In this document: in pieces, positions 1-12,100 of the stretch | How the letters are laid out: every line of letters begins with the position of its first letter | How positions within the stretch are numbered: the stretch's first letter is position 1 | From: Magallana gigas | Taxonomy: Eukaryota | Reading direction: 5' to 3' | DNA: 64,000 nt | Assembly (NCBI RefSeq): GCF_963853765.1 | Contig: NC_088856.1 | Location: 34,596,001-34,660,000 of the forward strand | The notes under the pieces: generated by a model | The model's input: the letters and a program-made list of their open reading frames with translations, nothing else | The model's database searches: none | What the model was told of the DNA's origin: nothing | Program-made: the position numbers and the translations under genes

Positions 1-367
1 CAAAAGCCAATTTCCACAGTATATAAAAACATGCATTCTTGAACATTTGGTCTGTTGGATGCTTTTCTCATTGAAGAAAGAAGTTATAAAGAAGAATAAA
101 TCAACAAAGAGTGACAAAATCTATGAGGAGCAACTGAAGATATTGTTTATCCAGCTAAGGACATAAGTTTTAAATCAATCAGTAACAGCCACGCAATCTT
201 TGAACAAAACCAACAGATATTACTTCAATCTGTAAGAGGAGAGAATGAGTCAGTGGCTGGACCAGAATTCCTGTATTCCTATATTGTAGTTTGGATCTCT
301 AGCACTGAGCTTTCAAGGCCATCATTAATGGTCCATACTGCCACAACTTTTTCATTCATCCCTTCTT

Positions 368-1417
368 TATGGTGTTCCGATGGGGCCACTTCGACCTTCA
401 CACTTTCACCTTTAGGTCGAGGTGCGAAGTTGCGAAGGCAAAAGTTCAAAGGCGAAGGAGTGAGAGTGCAAAGGCGAAGCGCGAAGATGAAAGTGAGAAG
501 TTGCGAAGGGAAAGAAGAGATACTACTATCCCTCCTTTGCCATCGCAACTTCGCACTCTCGCCTTCGCATTTTCGTGCTCTCGCCTTCACCTTTTTATAA
601 TTGTGGAGCTCTCTATCGTTTAAAGACAATTTTAGCTGTATAAAAAGAACATCTGAGGCAGACGATGAAATTTTTAGAATTTATTTTTAACAGCCTGTGC
701 AGATCCATAACTTTTTCTGGGGGGGGGGGGGGGGGGGGGGGGGGGGCGTCCGAGACATATTTTGGAGATTTTATTATATATAATTAATAAAATTAAATTT
801 TCCGGGGGGGATGGGATCCGGACCCTCTCTTCCCCTTTACTGCATGTGTGAAGTTGTTAATATTGAATTTTCCGGGGGGGCGGGGCTCTTCCCCCTCTAG
901 ATCCATACATGAGGAAGGAGTGTCGCATTATGAAATTAGAATGTTACTGTGTTTGATCCACTGTAAACAGACAGCTGGTAAGTGACAGGAGTCTGGAAGT
1001 GCATATGTATACATTATGGCGGACATTCCATTTTATGTGGAGTACATAATGATTAGGCATAGCCAGCACTGGTAAACATATATGTCACATATACACATTA
1101 AAATATTTATAAACATTCATAGTAAGCACAATGGCCTAGCGCATGCGTACCAATAATATCATGGATTAATCGGAAAACCTTGGCGAGTACGGTGCCTGCA
1201 TCAAATTCTATGTAATCGACCGAGACTTTCTGAATGCTATCAAAAAAGGCGAAGGCGAAAGTGCGAAGGCGAGAGTGCGAAGTTGCTCCTTCGCCATCGC
1301 ATCTTTGCACTTTCGCTCCTTCGCCCTCGCACTTTCACCTTCGCAACTTCGCACTCTCGCATCTTCAACCTAAAGGCGAAAGTGCGAAGGTCGAAGTGGC
1401 CCCATCAGAACACCATA
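368..1417. mobile_element. Foldback-like non-autonomous element: inverted arms (~369-597 and ~1241-1416) made of short GCGAAG-type subrepeats, TA at both outer ends
   Basis: ATGGTGTTCCGATGGGGCCACTTCGACCTTC at 369 is the reverse complement (one mismatch) of GAAGGTCGAAGTGGCCCCATCAGAACACCAT ending at 1416. The inner arm ends also match. TA lies at 368-369 and 1416-1417. Confidence 0.6.
719..746. repeat. poly-G run (28 nt)
   Basis: Read directly. Confidence 0.9.
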
Positions 1418-3175
1418 CTTCTTACTTAAAAGTTCTTCAACTCAGAAGAAAACACAACCCAGCATCTATACTCCAGCATTATAATTCTAATGCTAGGGCT
1501 ATAAAAGACGAACTTTGTATATGTTGATGGATTAAATCTAGTCTCTACATGATTCCTCTGTTTCTTCAGATAGCAATGCATAGGATGCTATTCAATTTAA
1601 AGTAGTCAAAAGCATGGGTTAAAATAATGATTTCTTTACATTTTTTAGACTCTAGGGAAGTAACTTTCAAGTAAGATAACGAAATTAATTCAGAAAAAGT
1701 ATAATTATTTTGGACTGTTTTGTGCCAGTTTAGCTTCTGATTCGAAATAATCGAAAGTGACCCGCATTATACACTAAAGCAGTGATGTCATAAGAACCCC
1801 TGTCGAAGTCAAAACTTCAAAGACAGAAATATTTTGTGACAAAGACCTGTTTTCTAATATATTAATCTCCTTTCTGATGATACCAAACAACCAACTGTAA
1901 ACATGCATTTCAAATATTTTTCAACCAAGTTGTAAAAAGTGAAATGGAATACCCCAAAATGACTAGTGCTATGCTCCTACTAGCACAAGACAGAGCATTT
2001 GGCTCACTCAATGTAGTATTTAAACCTTTCTGGTAGAGCATTGGTTTTTTTTAAATAAAGTTTGAGCCTATTAGTGGACATTCCTCTTATCATATTGGCG
2101 CCCAACAAAATATTGACCTACTTGGAGTCAAATGGAGAGTCTTGTGTAAGATTTTCAAGGGAGAGATATATTTTTTAAAAAGTCAGAAGAGTGAGATAGT
2201 GTTTATATGTATCATAGGCCGAGTATTGCTCGGTAGAGCATTTGTTTTTCAAATTAAAAGGACTTAGATTCGACCCTACTTATCAATTATATTCAATTTC
2301 ATAAACAAATAGGCCTACATCAATTTTAAATACAAATACATTGGTAAATTACTAATTGGAGCTATAATGCCCGTGGATATTGGCCTGTGTAGCCGAGTGG
2401 TAGAGCTCTTGACCAGAGTTACAGGGATCTGGATTCTCGGGAATAGCTCATCCCTACTTTCCTACTACAACACATTTATGCAGTTTCGGGGAAGGAAATT
2501 CGGAAATCAACATGAATACAATAGGCCTAGTGGACATAATCGAAAATTATACAGTATAGATATTTCTCACAATACCTGTAGTTTGGGTATCGACATGTCC
2601 GTTTGTTTTTCGTTCTGTCTGTCCCGACATGTTGAATAAGTTTCATCAGAGCCACGAAACTAAACTCCTATAAATATGACACCGAGTCGCCACCCTGTCA
2701 ACTCATGTAAACGCAATCAACGATGCGTTCGACTCTCTGTAGTCAGTTTTCCTTGAATCGACAAGTCATGTTTACATAACGACCTGTTGTATGATGATAT
2801 AGCTACAAAAATCTGAAGGTAATTATACAGGTAAACTTGAATTATGTTCATCTCAGTGAATATATAACAAATGAAATGATATTGGACCTTTAAACACTTT
2901 GGCTTGAATATTTCTCTATTTCTTTATACAGATATGTGTCAATCTCTTTATCATGACTTTCAGTGTATTTAATCCTTATATTATATTATACTATATTACG
3001 ATATCTGAATTAATATCACGGATGGGTTTAATAAGTCAATTACATAATAATATTGTCTTATGGCAATCTATGCGTTACACTAAACGCACGTTTTCTTATA
3101 TCCGGTGCCGAAAACCGTGTTTCTTATCTGAGTATGTTTGACGCGATATAAACAACGAGATAAGAGGGTTGAAGC

Positions 3176-6100
3176 ATGATAAATAGAGAATCTGGGTCAT
3201 TGGAGCAGAACAGCCACGAAGAGAGGAACCTCTTAGAAACTCCAGACTCTGCCACGGGTAAGGATTTTCCCGGATTTTCTCTGCCGTGGTGTGTGTGTGT
3301 TTTTACGGTTAATTCTCGCACTGTTTGTGTATTTAAGTCATGCAGCTTATTTGTGGGAAAGTATATATACTTTTGTGTTTTCGTTGTTAACATTTAGTAC
3401 TTATTGAGCATCAATTTTCAGAAATGGTATGGTTTTAATATTGATCAGTTGATGTATGGTTCCTGCAGTTTTAAAACATGTCTTTGTAATGCTTATCTGT
3501 GTTTAGTGCATACCATATTTGTAGAACATACCTTTGCACCTAATTCCATGCAGAGGCTACATATTGTGTCAGGACATTATCAGAGAATCCTTGAACCTTG
3601 TAGTTTTGTCCTAATATTCAGAAGTCGTTTTGTCCTAATATTCAGAGTGGTCAAGACCAATATTAATCACTATCAGTGCAAGTCAGTCTTAGATAGGTTC
3701 TCTTTTCATTGCTTTTTGACTTTGACAATTTAAAATAAGATACACATACCTATCAGTGAAGTACTGTTGAAATCAACATAAGGTAAAATATTCAAGATGA
3801 ATTCTTCATTCTTTTCAAAAAGGGAAATTCACAAGGAGGAAAACAGATTTTTTAAGAAGGGGGTTTAAAATGAAATTTCATGAAACTTTATTTCAAGTGT
3901 AGATAAACTTATCAGAGGTGCGGCAATATATCAATCATATTGATTGTAAGGGTCCACGATATGTGTATCATATCATCACATGTGTGTTGTGATACTCTTT
4001 ATTAGCTAATTTTCATTAACTCTCTAGAATAGTTACATGGTGTACATAACATTAAAACATTAAGAAGTTTCATTTAGAGTTAGAAGTTATTTGTTCATTT
4101 TGTTCCAATGAATTGAATTTTGTATCTCTACAGTTATATGTCGGATGCTGCAGTTTATTCTTTACTAATCCTATAGGAATTAACATGATTAACACTTCAA
4201 ACGCATATCTCTATTTTTCATTTGGTTAAATGCTCTACATATTTTTTTCATACCAAATTAATGCACAAGTGCATACTCAATCATGAAATACCAATATACG
4301 AAATCAATTTTATTGAATGGTAAGTACTTGAAGGAAGGAAAATGTAACCTCAGAAAAAAAAAGTTTTATCTTGTATAACTTTAATGTTCATGCTAAGTTT
4401 ATGTTTTCAAAAAATTGTGTATAATATTCATCCAATCCTATATGCAAACACTATTTACAAAGGTGACACATGCACTTTGCCAAGACTTAGTTGACCACAC
4501 AAGGCACTTCATGGACTTAGGTTCATCAGTGATAAAGAAATACATATAGGTATCCAAACTACCAGCCAAGATTTTTACAGCAGCAATTTCATTTGCAATT
4601 TGAAAGGTTGCTCTGAGATGACGCCGTACGGGATGTTGTTAGATCTTTTATAGCGTATCGTAGAGGAGCGGTATTTCAAGTCTAAATTTAATTAGATTGC
4701 GACTCTCTGAGAGTGCCAACACCAGAGAGGGAATATTTTATAGACAATCTCTCTCACCTGCAAGAGAAAACCTCAGGTCCCAACATCGAACCCAGAATTA
4801 ACAGAGACATCTTGCCTCAGCTTGCCTTGAGTTTGAACCCAGGTCCTCTATCATACAAATCCAGCATGGAACAATCAAGCTAAGGGGTTAACTCATTAGC
4901 TAGAGCTAGTAGGAGGGCCATGTAAACCATTCAGGATGTTTAGCAATGTCAAGTAATGTGGAAGCATATGGTATACATGTGAGCTTGCTCACTAATTCTT
5001 TCATTTTTGTGATTGATGCATTTTAAATTTGTAGTTGAAATTTAATCAGCAATAAACATCATATAAAACAACTCTTATTTATGTGATTTGCAAAAATGTT
5101 CTACAGTGCGTACAGATGATTGATATCTAGAATACATATCTGCACAGTCGTGGATACCAGTAAAGCATGTCTAAAGATTCAGTCCTTGTAGGCAGCCATT
5201 ACAAATCTTGTTTCTCCGTTTCCTATACTTGAAGTTTTACAGGAAACTGTTGTTCAGTACTAATAGTTTTATATAGTACAAGGATTGTTCAAATAGTATT
5301 TGAACAATGGAGTCTCTGGTGAAACGCCGTCTACATTCAGTATACAAGGAAAGTATGTGAAGTCATAATTCTGTATAGTTAAAGATTTGTATCTTAAATT
5401 ATTGACATCTGGTTTTAGAAAAGTGGGATTAATGTTGTCTTTCATCTTTGAGAAATTTCGATGGGTTTTTTTCTCTTGACAATTTCATGATTTCATGTAT
5501 ATGAAGCACTTATTGATATTATAGTCATAACAACTCTCCACCATCTTTTTTTAAAGATGAGATTTATTAGCCATACAGCATCTACTGGTACAAGTCTGCA
5601 TATGAATCCTGTAATGTTTTTCTTTAACTGTGGTTTTATGTCAGTTCACTTTATACACTGGTCATTGGCTGATGTAACATGTACTGGATCTCCCATGATT
5701 TTTGATTAGACTATATTAAAAATTAAACGGAAAACAGATACAAAAATCAGGATAAAATTCAATCAGAAAAGTTGTCCATAGATCCAAGGATCGCCAAGCT
5801 GGAGGATTGCCGGATCAGACGTTTCAATTATTTGATAAAGATCAAGTTGACATAACCATATTCTATCAAAAGGTTTTCTGGTCTATATTGATGGAAATAG
5901 GAAACGTTGTCGATAGGATTTAGCAGCTGTTGTTTTTGAGGTGAAATCAAAGTATTGAAAGTACACAATGTGACATTAGACTATAATTCAGTACAATTTA
6001 AGGTGGCTCACTACATCTCTAAATATTTTCTCAAATCAGTAGAAAATTACTTAATTATGATAGATATCATAATGGATAAGAAGCATTTAAGTCAAATAGG

Positions 6101-9100
6101 CAAAAAATGTGCAATTTTGGATGAAAAATTACATTTTCCAAAATTTAATTCGGTAAACATGAACAAAAGCTCCAGTCAGATTCGAACTCATGAACTGCGG
6201 TTCAGAAGCCCAGTACTTTAAACACTGAGCTCTGATGATATACAACCGAATCGAACGATATAAACAGTTTAACAACACATTTAAATCGCCATCTTGTAAT
6301 GTCTTAAAAAGTATAAGTCTGGATGTAGTGAGGTACCTTAAAAACATTGATGATCAGGCCCCAAGGCCATAAAAGTTAGATGAGCTCACTTTTGGTCTCA
6401 GCATTACTTTTACTGAAGGAATATATATAGTGGAAAAGTGAGACTGAGATCAAAAGTGAGCTCGTCTTACTTTTATGGCCTAACAATTGCGCCTGCATTT
6501 CTTTCAATGAAGGGTGAAAGTAAATAATTCAGAGATTTTAACCACATTTATTATTTTGATTTTAATCATACACAACTACCAGTATTTCTAATATTCTTTA
6601 TCCCAGTTTCAAAACACAATGAACTTTCATTGTAAGATTTTGTAAATATATCTGAAACAGAACTGAAGGTTAATGGAGAATGGCAGCAGTAGATCAGCCA
6701 TTTTTTTTAAAGACTTTGCCTTTTGTTACCTCATATAAAGATGTTTGATTATGAAAATTCAGATAGTGATTTCAAACAGCTGTGAATGATGAGAACTCTT
6801 TGCTGTGGGCAGCTTTACAGTTGCTTTATTGATCAAAGGTGTAGGGTAAAGCTAGGAGTTTTAGACCTAAAGCTACCAAATCAATTGATAGTCAGCATGC
6901 ATCTACCGGTACACACAATTTAAGTCGGTTAGATGTGGATGATTGTCAACTGAGATACCCTCAGGAAACTTTGTACAACTCGATCGCCACCCACCACACT
7001 AGTTAAGTTTATTTTCTCAAAAATTATTACTGGTACAGTTATGTAATTTGATGGATCTACATGTATGTGAATTGACATACTGGTACTTATATTATTACAC
7101 TTATACTTATCATTGCATGCTTATATCAGGGTTGTCTCTAAAATCCGGGAGGCGGGGAATTCCCCCACCTATAATGCCTTAATTACCCGGCTATTTTTGC
7201 ATTTCAAACACAATGTAACTATAAGCAAGACCCCTAGACCCCCCTCTACTTTTTCATTTCCTCCTTCTACTTCAATTTTTAGAGACAACCCTGTTATATG
7301 AATGGATTACATATTTGTTAGTTGGTTTACCTACACTCAGAGAATGCCAATTGAAAAAATGGACCAGCCAGAATGAGCAAGTGATCATTCAATGGCAACT
7401 TGTCAATGGGAAAGTGGCTAAAAATTTCCTCAACAAATAACTTAAAGCAATATGACCTGTATTTTTTAGAATTTTATTTTGCTGCAGAAACCTACTAGTA
7501 TGATAAGTCTGCATATAACTTAAACTTTTATGATGAAAAAGATTTGAAAAAATCATTAATTTTTGTGAAAGGAAATATTTTTCTTCTAAGGAACATATAG
7601 CATATCAATTTTTGTACAGGACGACAATAATTCAATTTTGCTCTAAATAAGGCTTTTGCTCAAAAATATGGCTAACAGAAATTTAAAAACCATGATATTT
7701 TTGTCATTTTAGTAGAAAAGAACATTTTACTAAAAAAAAAAAATTCAACAAAATACAGCTCATATTGCTTTAAAAACCCAAATGAATTGTAAAAACGTCA
7801 AGTATTTGAGATGTTTGGAATAAAATTTTCAGAGTTTTGCCCTTACTCCCATTGTTAGTACCAATTGTATTTTTATTAACGTCTGATTTTAAAACCCACA
7901 CTGACATTGCTGATTACAATGCATGTGATGCTTTTAGACATAAATATGTACCGGCCGTTAGTTGAATATAATTAGCATAAGTTAGGAGACTATTGCATTC
8001 CATATATTCATTAATTATTTAAAAAGTACAAAAAATGGTTAATGAAGTACAATACAGTATTGTATCCATTAATTAATGTAAGCCTGCAATAACAGGGTCT
8101 AATTATACATCTGATTAATCAATTTGATTTTTGTTTATTATAATTTTTATAAATAGCACTTAAATTTACAATAATTAAAAAAAAATTAATGAGCATATTG
8201 CTTTCAAATAGAGCTTAATAACTAAACTTACATTATATGAGTGCATATATAGAGTAATCTGAAATAGCATAGTACTACATTCACATGTATATAATTTAAT
8301 GAACCCACTTGTAAACACATGTGCCGTAAATGTACATGTATGTGCTTGGCTATTTAAATTATAAATAAGCACATAACAAAATATCAGAAAGAGTTTTTAT
8401 CTGATTACCGGTATGTAATTTTTGTTTCTTTTTTATAAGGAAGCTGTCTTTGTGATGATGTGGATATATGTTACCTGTATTTTAAATTTTCCACAATTGA
8501 GATTGAATAAATTATTTGGATCAGTTCATGATGCAGAAGATACAAGAATCTTATATACAAAGAATCTTATATATCAATGTGACAGCTGCATGGTTTCTTA
8601 TGATCTCCCATACTGTATTTACATCTTTACCATCTATTAATTCTATAAACATTATAATAATCAATGCATGCATGCAGTCAAGGTAATTGCAAGTTGGGAG
8701 TTAGCTCTGAATCGTCCTTTTCTGCTTGTTAAAGTTGCAGAACCATGGCTTGTTCACTCCTGTAGAAATTGTTGCTCATGCATACAAAATGAGCTAGCTC
8801 TAACTTGAACGTGGTGTAAAGGTGTTGTTTTGGTTTTGTTATGAAGCAGAGCTCTGAACATTAAGGTTCTGTCATTTGAGAAAAATATAACTCTTAATGT
8901 CATTAGAGATCAAAGCTACCATAAATTACTACAAATATGATTAAATTGGAGAATGCTGGAATGATAGAAGGTAAGATATTGATTGAATTAAAATTAAATG
9001 CCTTCAAAAAACAGCATGCATCTGATCAGGGATTTGGTGTACATATCAGAACTTGACAGATGACAAATGTTTTCTTACACTTGTCATGCATATTTCTGCT

Positions 9101-12100
9101 CCTTAACGATATCATTGCAGCTTTATGTTGTTATTTTTTCTTCTATTGAGATTTTGGGTCTATTTTTATATGCCTGCTACGCTAAACAGTAATAATTCCC
9201 ATTGTACGACTGAAGCTACTAGTTTAGAATAAAAATAAAAATTGGGTGACCGACGGCTATGTGGAAAGAATCAGGCATTTATAAAATCTAGTCATTTCAC
9301 CCATTTTAGGTGAGGACAAACTGATTTAATAATCGATAATTAATTTGTTTATATTGTCTTTGTATAAATCTGCGTGACTCACTAATTCACCTAAACATAA
9401 ATATGTCATCTTCATGTACCAAATATTTTATATTTTATATAATATAAAGTATTGGGATGAAATCCAGTAGTATATGATGAGGATTTAAACCCCTGTCACA
9501 CTGGAGCTGCGTCCTAATGGCGATCCCGCTGCGTCCTTAAATAATGTAACACACCAAGGTAAATGCAGTAAAGTCTCCTACAGCGCCATAACAATGCAAC
9601 GGCATCTTTATTTGTCGCAGTGGGATTGCCTGGAACATTATAGAATGCCATGCGATGGCGTGCACTTTGATCATGCACAAAGTATGCACCATGGCTCTGC
9701 ATCCTGATAAACACGTCGTAGAAACAGAGTGAGGTCACCCTGACAGCGCTGTAAGGTCTCCAACAGTGCAACAAGAGGTCCGTTGGCATGCTCAAGGAAC
9801 GAAATTAATCGCAGTGTAGACGCAGTGATAAGTTAATTGCACTTGCACAGGGACCTGTCGGAGTCCTTTGGGATCTCACTGCATCTCTATTGCACTTTCA
9901 TTGCGCATCCAAGGTTTGAACGAGTTGTTTTTTCATTTGGCTGCATTCACACAGCAACCCAAAGAGTTGTTACTGCATTCATTGTGCTCTCTTGACGTTT
10001 CTTCTGTGTTTATTAGCGTACTGCGCTCCCATGGCTTTTCTAGTCAGCCAGACCATGAAAATTAGAACAATTGCTGCTGTCCAATAGCAAGCAATGTAGT
10101 ACATGTATTACCAAATTTGATGTAGATGACTATGTAAAAGTAGCATTTGCGAATATTCCAGGACCTGTTATAAAGGATGTAGATAGAATTAATGCCTTAG
10201 AACTCTGTGGAAACGCAGGTACACGCCGTGGGAGCTCCGTAAGAAAGCCTTGGTTGCCGTCAGGATGCTGTGAAATCTTCACTTGTAAAACTTTCAAATA
10301 AAATTGTACATTTTCTCTGAATTTTTCTTGCGTTCCTATGGTGATTCCAAGATTTTTACATCGCCCTGGACATGCTGTGGGAACACAGCTTGGTGTGACA
10401 GGGCCATAAGGTAATCAGATGTTAAATTAAGTAATATTGCTACAATTTGTTATGCAGCTTGACAGCTAGAGAATTAAAACTATGAATCATGTGGATATAG
10501 AACTAGATCAGATGTTGAGTGAACAGTTTTTTTGGGGGGAGTGGATCTCAGGTTTTGAGGAATGCAGTTTATATTACATGTACTAACAGATATTACCAGT
10601 ACATGAGCAATTTATTGTTAGATTACCTGAATCACATAGGTGACATGGGATCTGGTTGTCAGTTGGCACATGACTTCTTTTTGAAATACATTTTATCATT
10701 CTTCACTTTGTTCACAGTTTAAGTCTTGTCATGCATACTATATTGACTATCAATTAAAATGGCTGAATGGGAGAGGTGAATAGATAAAGCCAATCCCAAC
10801 CAGATTTGATGTCTAGTATCTGTTTATTAATTAAATTTATATTTCCTTTCACCAACAGATGCTAGACATCAAATCTGGTTAGGATTGGCTGGTTAGAATT
10901 GGCTTTTTCTATTCACCTCTCCCATTCAGCCTGAAATATCAGTAAAACTGTCCATATATTGATGTAATTATTAAAAAATATTTTCTCTACTGATGAGCAA
11001 TTCAGCAAACAAACTAAATGTAGATTTGATCAACAAGACTCCTGACAGAGTCCTGTGCTTTTGTAAATTTTAAAATTCATGCCCACTGGATCAGGAATTT
11101 TTGTTTGTTGTTGGAGATGGCTCTATTGAACATATATACTGTAAATGAAATAGTACATAAAGAGTACTGGTACATAAAGTGAAAATATGTACATACAAAC
11201 ATTAATTAAACATCATTTCCTACATTCTAATCATTTGTACTGTGATGGTTAGACCGGTTCGAATACCGGCGCCAGATAGCTCAGTTGGTAGAGCACCTGA
11301 CTAGAGATTCAGGGGGCCCGGGTTCGAATCCCGGTCTGGTCCGTCATTATTTCTCTCATCCCGTTACAGTACCTTGCAAACATTAAGGAGGCAAACCAAG
11401 TGTAAAGACATACAAAATATCATTTACTACGATTGTCAAATTATAATGCAGAGATTAGTCAGATTTTATTCTTTCTAAGGGAGCTGTATATACTTATCAT
11501 CTTGTAAAAATCTATATATGAATTTGTATTTGTTATTGAATTTGTAATATCTTCTTTTGATATAACAGTCGATCTTTAGAGATAATCTGTCCAGAAAACT
11601 CTAGGAATTGCAATTAATCAGGCCTCTAACATACCGGGGATAGTGCATGTAGACATATTGGGGATAGTGCATGGAGAAGTCTCCATATTCCCTACACCCT
11701 TATTCAAAAATCTCGAAAACAATTGAAAACCCCACCTCAGAACAGTATTCATGTTCCTGTATTTACATTCATTTTCTTTACCCCTATTAAATTGCATCGA
11801 TTGATTTGAGTTACATTTACACATAACACAGAAGACTCTATTACCAAATCTATTGCGTATGAATACATTCTTATGTGCAAGCAAAATTTCATAATGCAAG
11901 AACGCACATTATTCAATTTGTATGCACACACCGTTGCAGTTATGAAACAATGATGATTCAATGTTTTTAAAGTATTCATGTTCAGGGCTGCATTACACTA
12001 AGGCAATATTAAAGTCTAGCTTTTTGTTCTGATCATCTTGTTTTATGATTTCATTTTGTAACTGTGACTATAAATATAGAAGTGCAGACACTGATACAAT

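Noticed and set aside
253-1527. Overlapping ORFs of 67-116 aa
   Set aside because: They are translations of the stop-poor GCGAAG subrepeats on both strands, with no protein-like features.
9514-10301. Transposase in the 0.9-kb TIR element
   Set aside because: Only short unrelated ORFs are present, with no DDE-like motifs.
11270-11341. Functional tRNA gene
   Set aside because: It has an 8-nt anticodon loop and a mismatched acceptor stem, lacks an oligo-T terminator directly after, and sits inside a TG..CA unit with a TSD.
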